Source: Candidatus Latescibacterota bacterium
GTDB lineage: Bacteria; Latescibacterota; UBA2968; GCA-2709665
DNA: 64,000 bases
Assembly (NCBI GenBank): GCA_965203805.1
Contig: OZ241917.1
Span: forward strand, 1,472,001-1,536,000
Direction of reading: 5' to 3'
The notes under the pieces are model-generated. The model was not told the DNA's origin. It made no database searches and saw only the letters and a list, made by a program, of their open reading frames with translations. Below are positions 10,386-20,591 of the stretch, piece after piece. The translations under genes were made by a program, and so were the position numbers. Every line of letters starts with the position of its first letter. Position 1 is the stretch's first letter.

Positions 10386-12806
10386 CTATTCCTGCCGCAA
10401 GACGTCTGCCGGAATTGCGCGAGCCGCTCTGGCGGCTTGCCAGCCGACGGTCAAAAGAGCGATGCAGAGCGCCAGTGCGCCGGAAAGCGCGAACGTCCAC
10501 CAACCGACGTCGACCCGATAGGCGAAATCCTGGAGCCAGGTATCCGCGGCGAAATGCGCGACGGGCCATGCGATGACGATAGCGATGATCACCAGCTTTA
10601 CGAAGTCTTTGGACAGCAGGGCAACAACGCTGGACGCGGATGCGCCGAGGACTCTGCGGATGCCGATTTCTTTCGTGCGACGCTCGGCGGTGAAGGATGC
10701 GAGCCCGAATAAACCCAGAAAAGCCACAAGGATCGCCAGCCCCGAGAATGCGCCGAAAACCTCCATCAATCGCGTCTCGTTTCGATAAAGTTGGTCGAAG
10801 TCAAAATAGGAATCGAGAAAAGTATAGCTAAAGTGTTGTGAGGGCGCGATCTCAGCCCATTTGTCCCTCAGGAATTGCAGCGTTGGCGGGACAGAACCGG
10901 GGCGCAATTTTGCGACGAGATGACGGGCGTGCCCGACACCCAAGTTATCAAGGTGCAAGCGCAACGCTAATGGTTCGATTTTGTGATGCAGCGACCGAAT
11001 ATGGAAATCCTGTACAATACCCAAGATTTCGCCGGTTGACTTTACGATATCTCCGAAATTCATGTGCACTGTCTGACCGGTGTTTCTCCCGATACCCAAC
11101 AACCGGGCGGCTGATTCATTCAGAATGACACCGTCACTGGATTTGGTGGCGAAAGCAGACGTAAAATTCCGCCCGGCTACTAAGTTAACCCCCAACGTCT
11201 CCAGATAATCCTGATCGATATACCATGTCTTGATTGTTGCCTCTTTACTACCGGTTGCCCCCATTAGCTTATATTTAGATCCGGTCCAAGGGTCTTCCCC
11301 GGGCACGAAAGAGGCAAGTGACACGTTGAGGATATTCGGATTTCGCATCAGTTCGTTTTTTATCGTCTGGTAGCGACCCTCCATGGAATACGTAGCATAT
11401 TTAATTCCTTGTGTATTCAGAATGACCACGTCGCGTGCATCGAATCCCAAATTCTTGGCTCCGAGGAAATGCAACTGTCTCATGACGACGGCTGTTGTGG
11501 CGACCAGACCAATAGAAATCGTAAATTGCAATATCACAAGGCCCTTTCTAAATCCTGCGCTTCTATGTGTAGCAGTCGAAAGGTCCTTCAACATCGAAGA
11601 GGGGCTGATATGCGACAGGAACAAAGCCGGATAGCTCCCCGCCAAAATACCGACAACCAGTGCGGCTGCACCCAGAATACAAAGGTAACGGCCGCCGTAG
11701 GTGATGCTGAGCGACCTGCCGACGGCAGCATTCAGAAATGGAAGAGACATTTCGGTTAGCATGACGGCAACGGTAAATGCAAGAAACGCGACAGTTACAG
11801 CTTCGCCCAGGAATTGCCGGATCAGTTGCCGGCGGTCCGCCCCCACGACTTTGCGCAGACCCACTTCCCGGGCCCGGTTGGCGGAGCGCGCGGTCGCCAG
11901 ATTCATATAGTTCGCGCAGGCAATCACCAGGATGAGAACCCCCACAGAACCAAACAGGTACAATTCATTAATGTCGCGATTGGCGCCCAGTTCGTGCTCG
12001 AGATGGGAATGTAAATGGATATCCGTCAACGACATCAATCGAAATGGTCTGACGGTTCTTGCCGCTCGCGATTCGGAACTTTCATCAGGCTCGTTTGGAG
12101 TAAACTGAAGGGGCAACCAGTCGCGGAGTTTCCCTTCCAATTTCTGGGCCGACGCACTCACGTCCAGGAGGAGATAGGTGTAGACCAACGCCTCCGCCCG
12201 CTCTCCTACGGAATAGTCAGCGTATGAAACGAGTCCCTCGAAGGCAACATGGGAATACCGGGGAATTTCGTCGAGCACGCCGGTTACCTGATAGGTTGTC
12301 GTATCTGATCGACCCGGCATTAGTAATCGCTTGCCTATCGGATCAACATCGCCGAAGTAGCGTCTCCCCATGTCCTGAGAAATTACAATCGCATCGGGCG
12401 ACGCAAGCGCCGTCTTTGGATCTCCCTGAACGAGCGAAAATGAGAATACATCGAAAAAGCTTTGCGTCGCAAACAGCAGTTCTTCTTCGTGGAATTTCCG
12501 ATCCTTGTACGTCAAGAGCATCCTTGAGATTCGCTTGATGCGCACGACGTTTTCAATTTCGGGAAAATCTGTAACGAGCCTCGGTCCGAGATGCGCATTC
12601 GCATACGGCATATTTTTCGATGTTGAAAACCGGTATATTCGGTCGACGTGCTGGTGAAACCGGTCGTAACGCAATTCATTCTCGATCAACAGCCCGATCA
12701 TCAGGCAGCACGCGATCCCCACTGCAAGCCCGGCAATATTGATGGCAGAATAGAGCTTATACCGGCGCATATTGCGAAGGGTAATGAGCAGGTAGTTTCG
12801 GAACAT
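10386..12806 (-). CDS. large duplicated-FtsX/MacB ABC permease (~806 aa)
   Basis: MFRNYL...SAINIAGLAVGIA; IACANYMNLATARS..RAREVGLRKVVGA; ERRTKEIGIRRVLGAS. Confidence 0.92.
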   Translation of the reverse strand: MFRNYLLITLRNMRRYKLYSAINIAGLAVGIACCLMIGLLIENELRYDRFHQHVDRIYRFSTSKNMPYANAHLGPRLVTDFPEIENVVRIKRISRMLLTYKDRKFHEEELLFATQSFFDVFSFSLVQGDPKTALASPDAIVISQDMGRRYFGDVDPIGKRLLMPGRSDTTTYQVTGVLDEIPRYSHVAFEGLVSYADYSVGERAEALVYTYLLLDVSASAQKLEGKLRDWLPLQFTPNEPDESSESRAARTVRPFRLMSLTDIHLHSHLEHELGANRDINELYLFGSVGVLILVIACANYMNLATARSANRAREVGLRKVVGADRRQLIRQFLGEAVTVAFLAFTVAVMLTEMSLPFLNAAVGRSLSITYGGRYLCILGAAALVVGILAGSYPALFLSHISPSSMLKDLSTATHRSAGFRKGLVILQFTISIGLVATTAVVMRQLHFLGAKNLGFDARDVVILNTQGIKYATYSMEGRYQTIKNELMRNPNILNVSLASFVPGEDPWTGSKYKLMGATGSKEATIKTWYIDQDYLETLGVNLVAGRNFTSAFATKSSDGVILNESAARLLGIGRNTGQTVHMNFGDIVKSTGEILGIVQDFHIRSLHHKIEPLALRLHLDNLGVGHARHLVAKLRPGSVPPTLQFLRDKWAEIAPSQHFSYTFLDSYFDFDQLYRNETRLMEVFGAFSGLAILVAFLGLFGLASFTAERRTKEIGIRRVLGASASSVVALLSKDFVKLVIIAIVIAWPVAHFAADTWLQDFAYRVDVGWWTFALSGALALCIALLTVGWQAARAARAIPADVLRQE

Positions 12807-12886
12807 AGCGAAGCTCCAGAATCTAATAAACGAGAGATTGCGGGCGCCCGAGCCATCCAATGACGAATTGTTCCACCGTTGAATGA

Positions 12887-13004
12887 ATCAAAACCCGTGC
12901 CAAGTGTATATGTCACGGTTTACCAGTGATTTATTACAAAAGGGAAATCGCCGAAGCATTCTGGATGTGTTCGTTTTTGGAACAGCAGTGTCCGAAAATG
13001 AACA
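12887..13004 (-). promoter_or_regulatory. sigma54-like -24/-12 promoter with paired upstream enhancer boxes
   Basis: Minus strand TGGCACGGGTTTTGAT (12887-12902); TGT-N11-ACA at 12968-12984 and TGT-N10-ACA at 12989-13004. Confidence 0.65.
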
Positions 13005-13315
13005 TCAAAAACGTGCGGGGAGGAATGACGGAAGAAGGGACTTCTGCTGAACGTGGTAAGGAAATTGACTGCGAGGGCAATGGCGCGAGGAAAACTCCGC
13101 CGGAGAATTCGCCAATGTTTGAGTTAAAGGCGTGAAGCCTTTGATCGAAGAATCAGCAATCGGACAAACCCCTGAGTATTGCAGACGCGTTGACGTCGTC
13201 ACCAAATTGACAGATTCTCTCGACGACATCGTCCGTTGGCTTGACCTGTATCCAGGAATTGACTCATCCAGACATTTGACCAGCGATACCGACGACACAC
13301 GTGGCCTTCCCGACG

Positions 13316-15742
13316 TCATTCCTGCCGCAAGACGTCCGCCGGATTTGTCCGAGCGGCTCTGGCGGCCTGCCAGCTGACGGTCAAGAGAGCGATACCGAGC
13401 GCTAGTGCGCCAGCAAGCGCGAACGTCCACCAACCGACGTCGACCCGATAGGCGAAGTTTTGGAGCCAGGAATCCGCAGCGTAATGCGCAACGGGCCATG
13501 CGATGAGGATAGCGATTATCACCAGCTTCACAAAGTCTTTGGACAGCAGGGCAACAACGCTGAAAGCTGACGCGCCGAGTACTCTGCGAATGCCGATTTT
13601 TTTCGTGCGACGCTCTGCCGTGAAGGATGCGAGCCCGAATAACCCCAGAAAAGCCACGAATATTGCCAGTCCCGAGAATGCACCGAAAACCTTCATCAAG
13701 CGCGTCTCATTTCGATAAAGTTGGTCAAAGTCAAGATACGAGTCCAGTAATCGATAACGAAAGTACCGTGACGGCGCCAATTCGGCGAATTTCTCTCTCA
13801 GAAATGGAAGCGCCGCCAGCACAGCGCCGGGACGTGTTTTTACGACGAGTTCATAGGCATTTATCAAGCCAATTTTGCCAAGATTCGGCCGCAACGCCGT
13901 TGGCTCGACTCTGTGATGCAGCGAACGAATATGGAAGTCCCGTACAATTCCTACTATTGTGCCGGTTGTTATCAGGTCGCCCCAAAGATTCATACGCACC
14001 CTCTGACCTGTGGTCTTTCCGATACCCATTGCTCGGGCAGCCGACTCGTTGAGGATAACTTCATCATTCGTCATGGTAGCGAAATTCAATGTGAGATTCC
14101 TTCCGGCAATGAGGTCGATGCCCATGGTTTCCAGGTAATCCCGATCGACACATGTCGTCTTGAACCCCAGCGGCTTGCTTGCAGGCGAGTCTATCAATGT
14201 AAACTCGTTTGTGATCCAATAATTCTGCCCCGGTAGACTGGACGCAATTGACACATTGAGAATGTTTGGGTTCCGTGTCAGTTCGTCCTTGATAGTTTGG
14301 ATGCGATGCTCGGCGGGCGTTCCGATCGCACTTATTTCCCCTGCGTCCAACACAACCACGTCTCGTTTTTCGAAGCCCAGGTTCTTTTTGTTCATGAAAT
14401 GCAACTGTCGAAGGGCTACAGCAGTTGTGCCAATCAACCCTATAGAAATCGCAAATTGCAATATCACCAGTACCTGTCTAAACTCTGCGCTTCTATGTGT
14501 CCCCGTCGAAAGATCCTTCAACATCGAAGAGGGGCTGAAGTGCGACAGGAACAAAGCCGGATAGCTCCCAGCCAAAATACCGACAACCAGTGCGGCCGCA
14601 CCCAGAATACAAAGGAAACGGCCGCCGTAGGTGATACTGAGCGACCTGCCGACGGCAGCATTCAGAAATGGAAGAAACATCTCGGTTAGCATGACGGAAA
14701 CGGTAAATGCGAGGAAGGTCACAATTACAGCTTCGCCCAGGAATTGCCGGATCAGTTGCCGGCGGTCTGCCCCCACGACTTTGCGCAGACCCACTTCTCG
14801 TCCCCTGTTGACTGAACGGGCGGTCGCCAGATTCATATAGTTCGCGCAGGCTATCAGCAGGACGAGAATTCCGATTGAACCGAGCAGGTACAATTCAATA
14901 ATGTCGCGATTGGGTCCAAGCTCGTGATCCAGCTGGGAATGCAAATGGATATCTTCAAGAGGCGTTAGCCGGAACGGCCTGGTGGTCCTACCTCTCTGAG
15001 ATGCAGATTCACCTTCAGGCGCGTTGGATGTGTACTGATGTGGAAGCCAGTCACGGATCTTGTTCACCAATTCCCGGGCCTTCGCACTTTCGTCCAGGAG
15101 GAGATAGGTGTAGGCGATAGCGGACTCGCGTTCACCCCAGGAATTGGCAGAATAGGGGACCAGCCCTTGGAAGGGAAAGTGGGAATGCCTCGGTACGTTA
15201 TACAGAATGCCTGTGACCTGCACCGCCCTTTCGTCTAAATATCCTGAGTTTATTATCAAAGACTTGCCAATGGCGTCATCTGCGCCGAAGTAGCGTTTTG
15301 CCATCTCCTGGGAGATTACAATCGCATCGGGCGACTCAAGCGCGGTCCCGAGATCGCCCTTAAGAAGCCTGAAAGAGAATACGTTGAAGAAATTGGGGGT
15401 CGCATACAGCAATTCCTCCTCGAGGAATTCGCGGTTCAGATATGCCATTGGCGTCCCTGCGCTAGATACGTGCGCAAGGCGGACGACCTGTTCAATTTCA
15501 GGAAAATCCGCTGCTAGCCTGGGTCCGAGATGCCCGTTTGTGTATGCATTATTCCACGTTGAAAGACGATATATTCTGTCAGCATATCGGTGGAACCGGT
15601 CGTAGCGCAATTCATCCTCGATTAACAGCCCAATCATCAGGCAGCACGCGATTCCTACTGCAAGCCCGGCGATATTGATGGCCGAATAGAGCTTGTAGCG
15701 ACGCATATTGCGAAGGGTGATGAGAAGCACGTTTCGAAACAT
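13316..15742 (-). CDS. large duplicated-FtsX/MacB ABC permease, paralog of 10386-12806
   Basis: Same motifs; near-identical N-terminal, central TM and C-terminal blocks. Confidence 0.92.
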   Translation of the reverse strand: MFRNVLLITLRNMRRYKLYSAINIAGLAVGIACCLMIGLLIEDELRYDRFHRYADRIYRLSTWNNAYTNGHLGPRLAADFPEIEQVVRLAHVSSAGTPMAYLNREFLEEELLYATPNFFNVFSFRLLKGDLGTALESPDAIVISQEMAKRYFGADDAIGKSLIINSGYLDERAVQVTGILYNVPRHSHFPFQGLVPYSANSWGERESAIAYTYLLLDESAKARELVNKIRDWLPHQYTSNAPEGESASQRGRTTRPFRLTPLEDIHLHSQLDHELGPNRDIIELYLLGSIGILVLLIACANYMNLATARSVNRGREVGLRKVVGADRRQLIRQFLGEAVIVTFLAFTVSVMLTEMFLPFLNAAVGRSLSITYGGRFLCILGAAALVVGILAGSYPALFLSHFSPSSMLKDLSTGTHRSAEFRQVLVILQFAISIGLIGTTAVALRQLHFMNKKNLGFEKRDVVVLDAGEISAIGTPAEHRIQTIKDELTRNPNILNVSIASSLPGQNYWITNEFTLIDSPASKPLGFKTTCVDRDYLETMGIDLIAGRNLTLNFATMTNDEVILNESAARAMGIGKTTGQRVRMNLWGDLITTGTIVGIVRDFHIRSLHHRVEPTALRPNLGKIGLINAYELVVKTRPGAVLAALPFLREKFAELAPSRYFRYRLLDSYLDFDQLYRNETRLMKVFGAFSGLAIFVAFLGLFGLASFTAERRTKKIGIRRVLGASAFSVVALLSKDFVKLVIIAILIAWPVAHYAADSWLQNFAYRVDVGWWTFALAGALALGIALLTVSWQAARAARTNPADVLRQE

Positions 15743-15818
15743 GAAGAGCGTCCCTGATGTAAATGCCTAGCACGCAGAGGAATCACATATTCAGTTGACG
15801 ACAGACTATACCAAACAG

Positions 15819-15937
15819 ATCAAAAATCGTACCAAATTTGCATATGCATTTTTTTCAGGAAGTTATATAAAACCGCCAGGAAGCAGGAACCACCGGATAG
15901 TGTTCGTTCTTGATACAGTATTGTTCGAAAACAGACA
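15819..15937 (-). promoter_or_regulatory. sigma54-like promoter with paired enhancer boxes (copy 2)
   Basis: TGGTACGATTTTTGAT (15819-15834); boxes at 15901-15917 and 15922-15937, same geometry as copy 1. Confidence 0.65.
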
Positions 15938-16400
15938 CTGATATGGCTCGGATAGTTTTGGAGAGTCAAATATTCTCGCGCGGGAATCCCGTCAATGGGC
16001 ACTGGTGGATCTAAGGCGCGTGTAAGGCTTGTTCAGGCGATCCGGCTGGAATTGAACCCGATTGGGGCATTTTCGCCTTGCCGCAAAGCCGATCTAATGA
16101 GGACCACGAGCAAGTGAAACCGGTGTATGTTTTCGCTACGCTTTGGAGTATCTGTTCGTGCAACCAGACTAATGGATTGCCGCCGTCAACGTGGACCATG
16201 GAAGCCCCGCCAATTCCCATCATCCTGGCTGGATGGACGCAGCGGCGTGCATGACTGGGAACCCGGGAAGTTCGAGATCGATTCGCAGGCGCCCAACGGA
16301 ATCGGCATTCCCATATATCAAGGTCGCAGCGACCCTTGCTCAGGCGGCTGTGGACGATCAAATTCCCAGAATCGGGAATCCGGATGCTGCGAGCCTTATG

Positions 16401-18509
16401 CTATTGTCCCTCTTTCAAGTATTGATTGAACCAGCCGAGTACGCTCTTGTAATAATCCCTGGTATCCTCAGCCGACCCCTCAGTCAAATGATGGCCTTCA
16501 CGCTTGTATTCTCGCATTTCCACTCGTTTGCCGAGTCGCCTGAGACCGAGGAATATCTCTCGTGCACCTACCGATCCCGGCAAATCGTGGGTTCCACATA
16601 TAACCAACACCGGCGCTTCGACCCGGTCGAAAGCAAAGAGCGGCGAGTTTTCGATATAGGCATCTCGTTTCTCCCAGAGATTTCCACCATTTCGAGCCTG
16701 CCGGCCCTCGCACCAATGCATTCCATTTACATCCACGAGATAAGTGCTGGCCATGTTGATTCCGAACGGCGCGCTGACTACCGCAGCACGGAAGGCCTTC
16801 GTGTGAGTCACCAATGCCATGACACCATAACCACCATAGCTGTGTCCCCAGACACCGATTCGGTTGTTGTCGGCAATACCCATTTCTATGGCTCGATTAA
16901 CCGCGGGTAGAGTGACCCGCACGATCTGATCAATCGGCTTGCTGTCCTCCATAATCGAGTCCGGGTATAGTGCAGCATAGCCGGCGCTGGTGAATAACTG
17001 TGCTTCCGAAAAATGCCGTTTGCCTTTTGATAGAGTATTCCCGGGATAGATCTTAACAATCATGGGCAGACGGCCCTCCGCCGGAGCGTTATTGGGAAGA
17101 AAAAGAGCAGCCTCCTGTACACGACCATTCGCATCCTTGAACTCTATGGTCTTGCGTACCGGTTGAGCCACATCGCAACGCCAGGGATTCGTATCAAATA
17201 GCGTCGTAGCCTCTCCATTGTCGAAAGCGTACGCATGTACCGTTTCTGTGCCAAGCGCGAAAACTGTACGCTGGGACGCGACAAGAGTAAATTCATCCAG
17301 GCTTGAATTCGGCGCGGGACAAACTCTGGTCATCTCGCCTGAAACCGAGTGGATTCGGACGATATAGTTCATGCTATCGCGAGTGTCAGTCGCATGGGCA
17401 AGAATATTGCCCCGATCGTCCCTATGAAGGACTGATTCTCCGTACCGTTGTGCAATCGCATTTATTCTGAGGTGATTGCCAGTCGAATCCTGGGAGAGTT
17501 GGCAGTTCCGACCGTCCTCGATGGACAGGTGATACAGAGTTCCTTTTTGAAGCCACATAATACGGCTGCTGTCATCGGTCCACCACGGCATTTGACGGTT
17601 AGCCAGGTACGAAGTGAATTTTGTAGCCATTTCAGGCTCAGTTGATCCGTCCGCAGGCGCAAGATAGAGGTATAGAGGTTCTCCCTCGTTTCCACCGGTT
17701 ACATAGGAAATCGTCTGGCTATCGGGCGACCACGAGAAACGACATGCATAAGTGTTGACCGGTACGTTCCTGGCGACCGTATAAGGTTCGCGACCGTCAA
17801 GTGGGACGATAATCACATCGGCAATCAGGTGGGGACGATCCACGGGAGATGAAATTTCATTGAGAAACGCGACAGCTTGCCCATCAGGCGCCATACGCAG
17901 GATACGCCGGGTGAGACCGGGCGCCAACTCCTTGACAATGCCTGTTTCGACTTCCAAAACGCCAATACACCTCTCCATTCCGGGCCGTTCAAAAAATGGG
18001 CTCTGCGGATCTGAGGCTGACCGGTCTGGCGTGTAAGATCGCACAATGATGTCGGAGGATGCAGTAGCGTATCGAGCATTCGGGACCAGCGGTACAATGA
18101 TCCGGCGACCGTCGGGAGTCCATTGAGGAACGTTAAAGTTGAAAGTCCAGGGAATCAAGGCGTTGGATACAATTGACACTTCGTGCGTATGCCTGTTCCA
18201 CAATCCTAAGCAGGCGTGAGCATCTTGTTCAACGACGTATGCGGCAAGCGTTTGTCCATCCGGAGACCATCGCCCCGCCCAGCTCATTTGCAGATCGGAA
18301 AACGGCTCGATAGACTCGCCTGTCTCAACGTCGATCAGGACAATGAATGACCCGTTTGCCTGAGTATTGTCGGTATCGTGTGGGACGCGACGCTTCCCCT
18401 GACTGAGCGTTACAGCAAGCAACCCGCCATCAGGTGAGACGTCCCACGGGCAACGATGGGTAAACTGGTTGACGTTCAAAAAATCATCGACAGTAAATGG
18501 CCTCGACAT
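16401..18509 (-). CDS. S9 family peptidase (prolyl oligopeptidase/acylaminoacyl peptidase-like)
   Basis: WSPDG propeller repeats; nucleophile GHSYGG; GTHD; EGHH. Confidence 0.9.
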   Translation of the reverse strand: MSRPFTVDDFLNVNQFTHRCPWDVSPDGGLLAVTLSQGKRRVPHDTDNTQANGSFIVLIDVETGESIEPFSDLQMSWAGRWSPDGQTLAAYVVEQDAHACLGLWNRHTHEVSIVSNALIPWTFNFNVPQWTPDGRRIIVPLVPNARYATASSDIIVRSYTPDRSASDPQSPFFERPGMERCIGVLEVETGIVKELAPGLTRRILRMAPDGQAVAFLNEISSPVDRPHLIADVIIVPLDGREPYTVARNVPVNTYACRFSWSPDSQTISYVTGGNEGEPLYLYLAPADGSTEPEMATKFTSYLANRQMPWWTDDSSRIMWLQKGTLYHLSIEDGRNCQLSQDSTGNHLRINAIAQRYGESVLHRDDRGNILAHATDTRDSMNYIVRIHSVSGEMTRVCPAPNSSLDEFTLVASQRTVFALGTETVHAYAFDNGEATTLFDTNPWRCDVAQPVRKTIEFKDANGRVQEAALFLPNNAPAEGRLPMIVKIYPGNTLSKGKRHFSEAQLFTSAGYAALYPDSIMEDSKPIDQIVRVTLPAVNRAIEMGIADNNRIGVWGHSYGGYGVMALVTHTKAFRAAVVSAPFGINMASTYLVDVNGMHWCEGRQARNGGNLWEKRDAYIENSPLFAFDRVEAPVLVICGTHDLPGSVGAREIFLGLRRLGKRVEMREYKREGHHLTEGSAEDTRDYYKSVLGWFNQYLKEGQ

Positions 18510-18585
18510 ATCTGACTCTCCTGGGGCTGATTGCTGTTGGTACCGGTGAAAGACTACCGGTCATTTGGGTTCTGATGTTACCACA

Positions 18586-18800
18586 TCAGCCGCATGCAAG
18601 TACGTCGCTGAGTATCACCGCCGCCGTGGATATGACGCCATGCCACAGCCTGCGTCCCAATTCTATATTCGCTTTGGACAAATCGCCGATCACGCCGTTG
18701 TCCGAATATTTCGTGAAGTCAAGTCTCGGATCATACCCATGGACTTCTCGGGAATTGTTCTGATCGAACGCATTGTCCTCGTAGCCCACCAAAACGGGAA
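18586..18800 (-). pseudogene. C-terminal remnant of a creatininase-family gene
   Basis: DFTKYSDNGVIGDLSKANIELGRRLW matches the creatininase C-terminal GV.GD...A..E.G pattern; no N-terminal half. Confidence 0.5.
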
Positions 18801-18883
18801 CATACCGCAGGTCCGGAATCAACATGCCGCGAGATTCCGAACACTTGACACATCGATTGACGGATTGCCCCACCGGTGATCTT

Positions 18884-19001
18884 ATCAAAGACCGTGCCAA
18901 GCGTACATGTTACGTTTTATCAGTCAGTTATGGTAAAAACGAAATCGCCGGAGTGCCTGGGAAGTGTCCGTTTATGATACATTAATGTCCGAAAACGCAC
19001 A
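18884..19001 (-). promoter_or_regulatory. sigma54-like promoter with paired enhancer boxes (copy 3)
   Basis: TGGCACGGTCTTTGAT (18884-18899); boxes at 18965-18981 and 18986-19001; aligns without gaps to copy 1. Confidence 0.65.
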
Positions 19002-19304
19002 CTCGGAGGGGGCAGGAGGGCTTTAAGGTTGTGGTTTTTCCGTTACGCGTCAGTTTGCTATCGACGACTTCAGATGATGGGGTTCAACGAGGTTGATAGA
19101 ACGAATCGCGCCGTGTCAAGTGTCGCCAGGTTGCGACTTCAGATGTCACAGACGGAACGCGGTCTACCATGGCAAGGATTCAGCGCCTTAGCCGGAAGAT
19201 AAAGCATTTATCCTGCTCTTGCTTTTAATCCTGTAGTTCCTGGTCGGTTTTGTTTTTATCCTGACTATCCTGTCCATCCATGTAAGTTACGTTTTTTAAA
19301 TGGC

Positions 19305-20408
19305 CTACACCAGCCCGAGGTCCTGATAGATGGCGCTGTTGGTCTCCCGGTTGCGGACCTGGTGAGCGTCTTCTCCCGGTGTGCCGTTGAAGATGCATAC
19401 GACAACCAGGCCCGCATCGGGGTCCACGAAGGCGATCGACGACTGATAACCCGCATTGCCAAACGTACGAGGTGCGGCGTAGCGTCCGAAACCGTAGGGA
19501 ACCGAATCTTTGCCGTAAATGTTCGAGTTGACGTAGAAGCCCAGCCCCATGTCTACAACATGACCCAGGATTTCGTCCCTCAGGCCGGTTCGATGGCGGG
19601 CGGTAATCGCTTCAACGGTCTGGGGACGAAGCAGTTGCTTCCCATTGAACGTGCCTTTCCCAAGCAGCATCTCGTAGAAACGGCCCAACTCCCTCGCCGG
19701 TCCCCGTCCGCTGCCGCCGGGCACACATCGACCGATCGTTCGTTGCAAATCCACGCTGTAGTGTGACGGTTCGGGCACTCCACCGGCGGTATCGTACATC
19801 AGTCCAATCCGGTCCTTCTTTGCCTGGTACGTCGATGAATCCATCGAGAGGCTGCAGTTGGGCATATCGAGCGGTTCGAAAATTTCCTCGTGTACATACC
19901 TGCCGAATGCCCCGCCGCTCTTGCGCGAGACGACCTCGCCGAGCACAAACCAGGCATTCGCCACGTCATATCTCGCCTGCCGCCCCGGGAGCCAGTCGTC
20001 TCGCAGGGGTGCATCGCAGATGGCGGCGACGATTTCATCCCACGAAGATTCAAACCAGGCGACGTCCACGGGGCCGATTCCGCCGGTGTGTGTCAACAGG
20101 TGGCGAAACGTCAGACCCGATTTCCCGCCGGCCCCGAAGTCCGGCAGGTGGAGGCAGACGGGATCGTCGATTTCGATCCGTCCCCTCTCCCACATCTGAG
20201 CGACGGCAACCGCGGTGACACCCTTCGTCAACGACATCCATACGGTCATCGTATCGGTGGTCATCAACCTGGATGTCGTTGCCTTCCCGATGGCCGCGTC
20301 TGCAACGACATTTCCCTCCATAGACACGTAGAGCTGCGCACCCAAATGGAGGCCTTCCCTGACGCCTTCATGAAGAAGATCAACGGTCCGTGTCAGCGGT
20401 CCATTCAT
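19305..20408 (-). CDS. serine hydrolase, beta-lactamase/class C-like family
   Basis: SxxK motif SLTK, LLTHTGG, PG...Y, IFEPLDM. Confidence 0.9.
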   Translation of the reverse strand: MNGPLTRTVDLLHEGVREGLHLGAQLYVSMEGNVVADAAIGKATTSRLMTTDTMTVWMSLTKGVTAVAVAQMWERGRIEIDDPVCLHLPDFGAGGKSGLTFRHLLTHTGGIGPVDVAWFESSWDEIVAAICDAPLRDDWLPGRQARYDVANAWFVLGEVVSRKSGGAFGRYVHEEIFEPLDMPNCSLSMDSSTYQAKKDRIGLMYDTAGGVPEPSHYSVDLQRTIGRCVPGGSGRGPARELGRFYEMLLGKGTFNGKQLLRPQTVEAITARHRTGLRDEILGHVVDMGLGFYVNSNIYGKDSVPYGFGRYAAPRTFGNAGYQSSIAFVDPDAGLVVVCIFNGTPGEDAHQVRNRETNSAIYQDLGLV

Positions 20409-20478
20409 CGGCTATCCTGTTTTCCATCGCTTCGGATCCGGCCGGAAACGAACCCGTCGCGGCGCGACGAGGGCAGGA

Positions 20479-20544
20479 CCTGCCTGCAGCGCCTGTCTGC
20501 GTGCGTGCCACACGCACAGGCAGGCAGGGCACTGCGCAGGCAGG
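20479..20544. repeat. nested CCTGCCTG..CAGGCAGG hairpin elements
   Basis: Outer element 20479-20544 is interrupted by a 33-nt inner element at 20492-20524. Confidence 0.85.
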
Positions 20545-20591
20545 TGCCATCGCTCCCAGGGAAAGAGGGGAGACGGGAGACGACCGGCCCC

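Noticed and set aside
16011-16400. short ORFs between permease and S9 peptidase
   Set aside because: No RBS or motif support on either strand.
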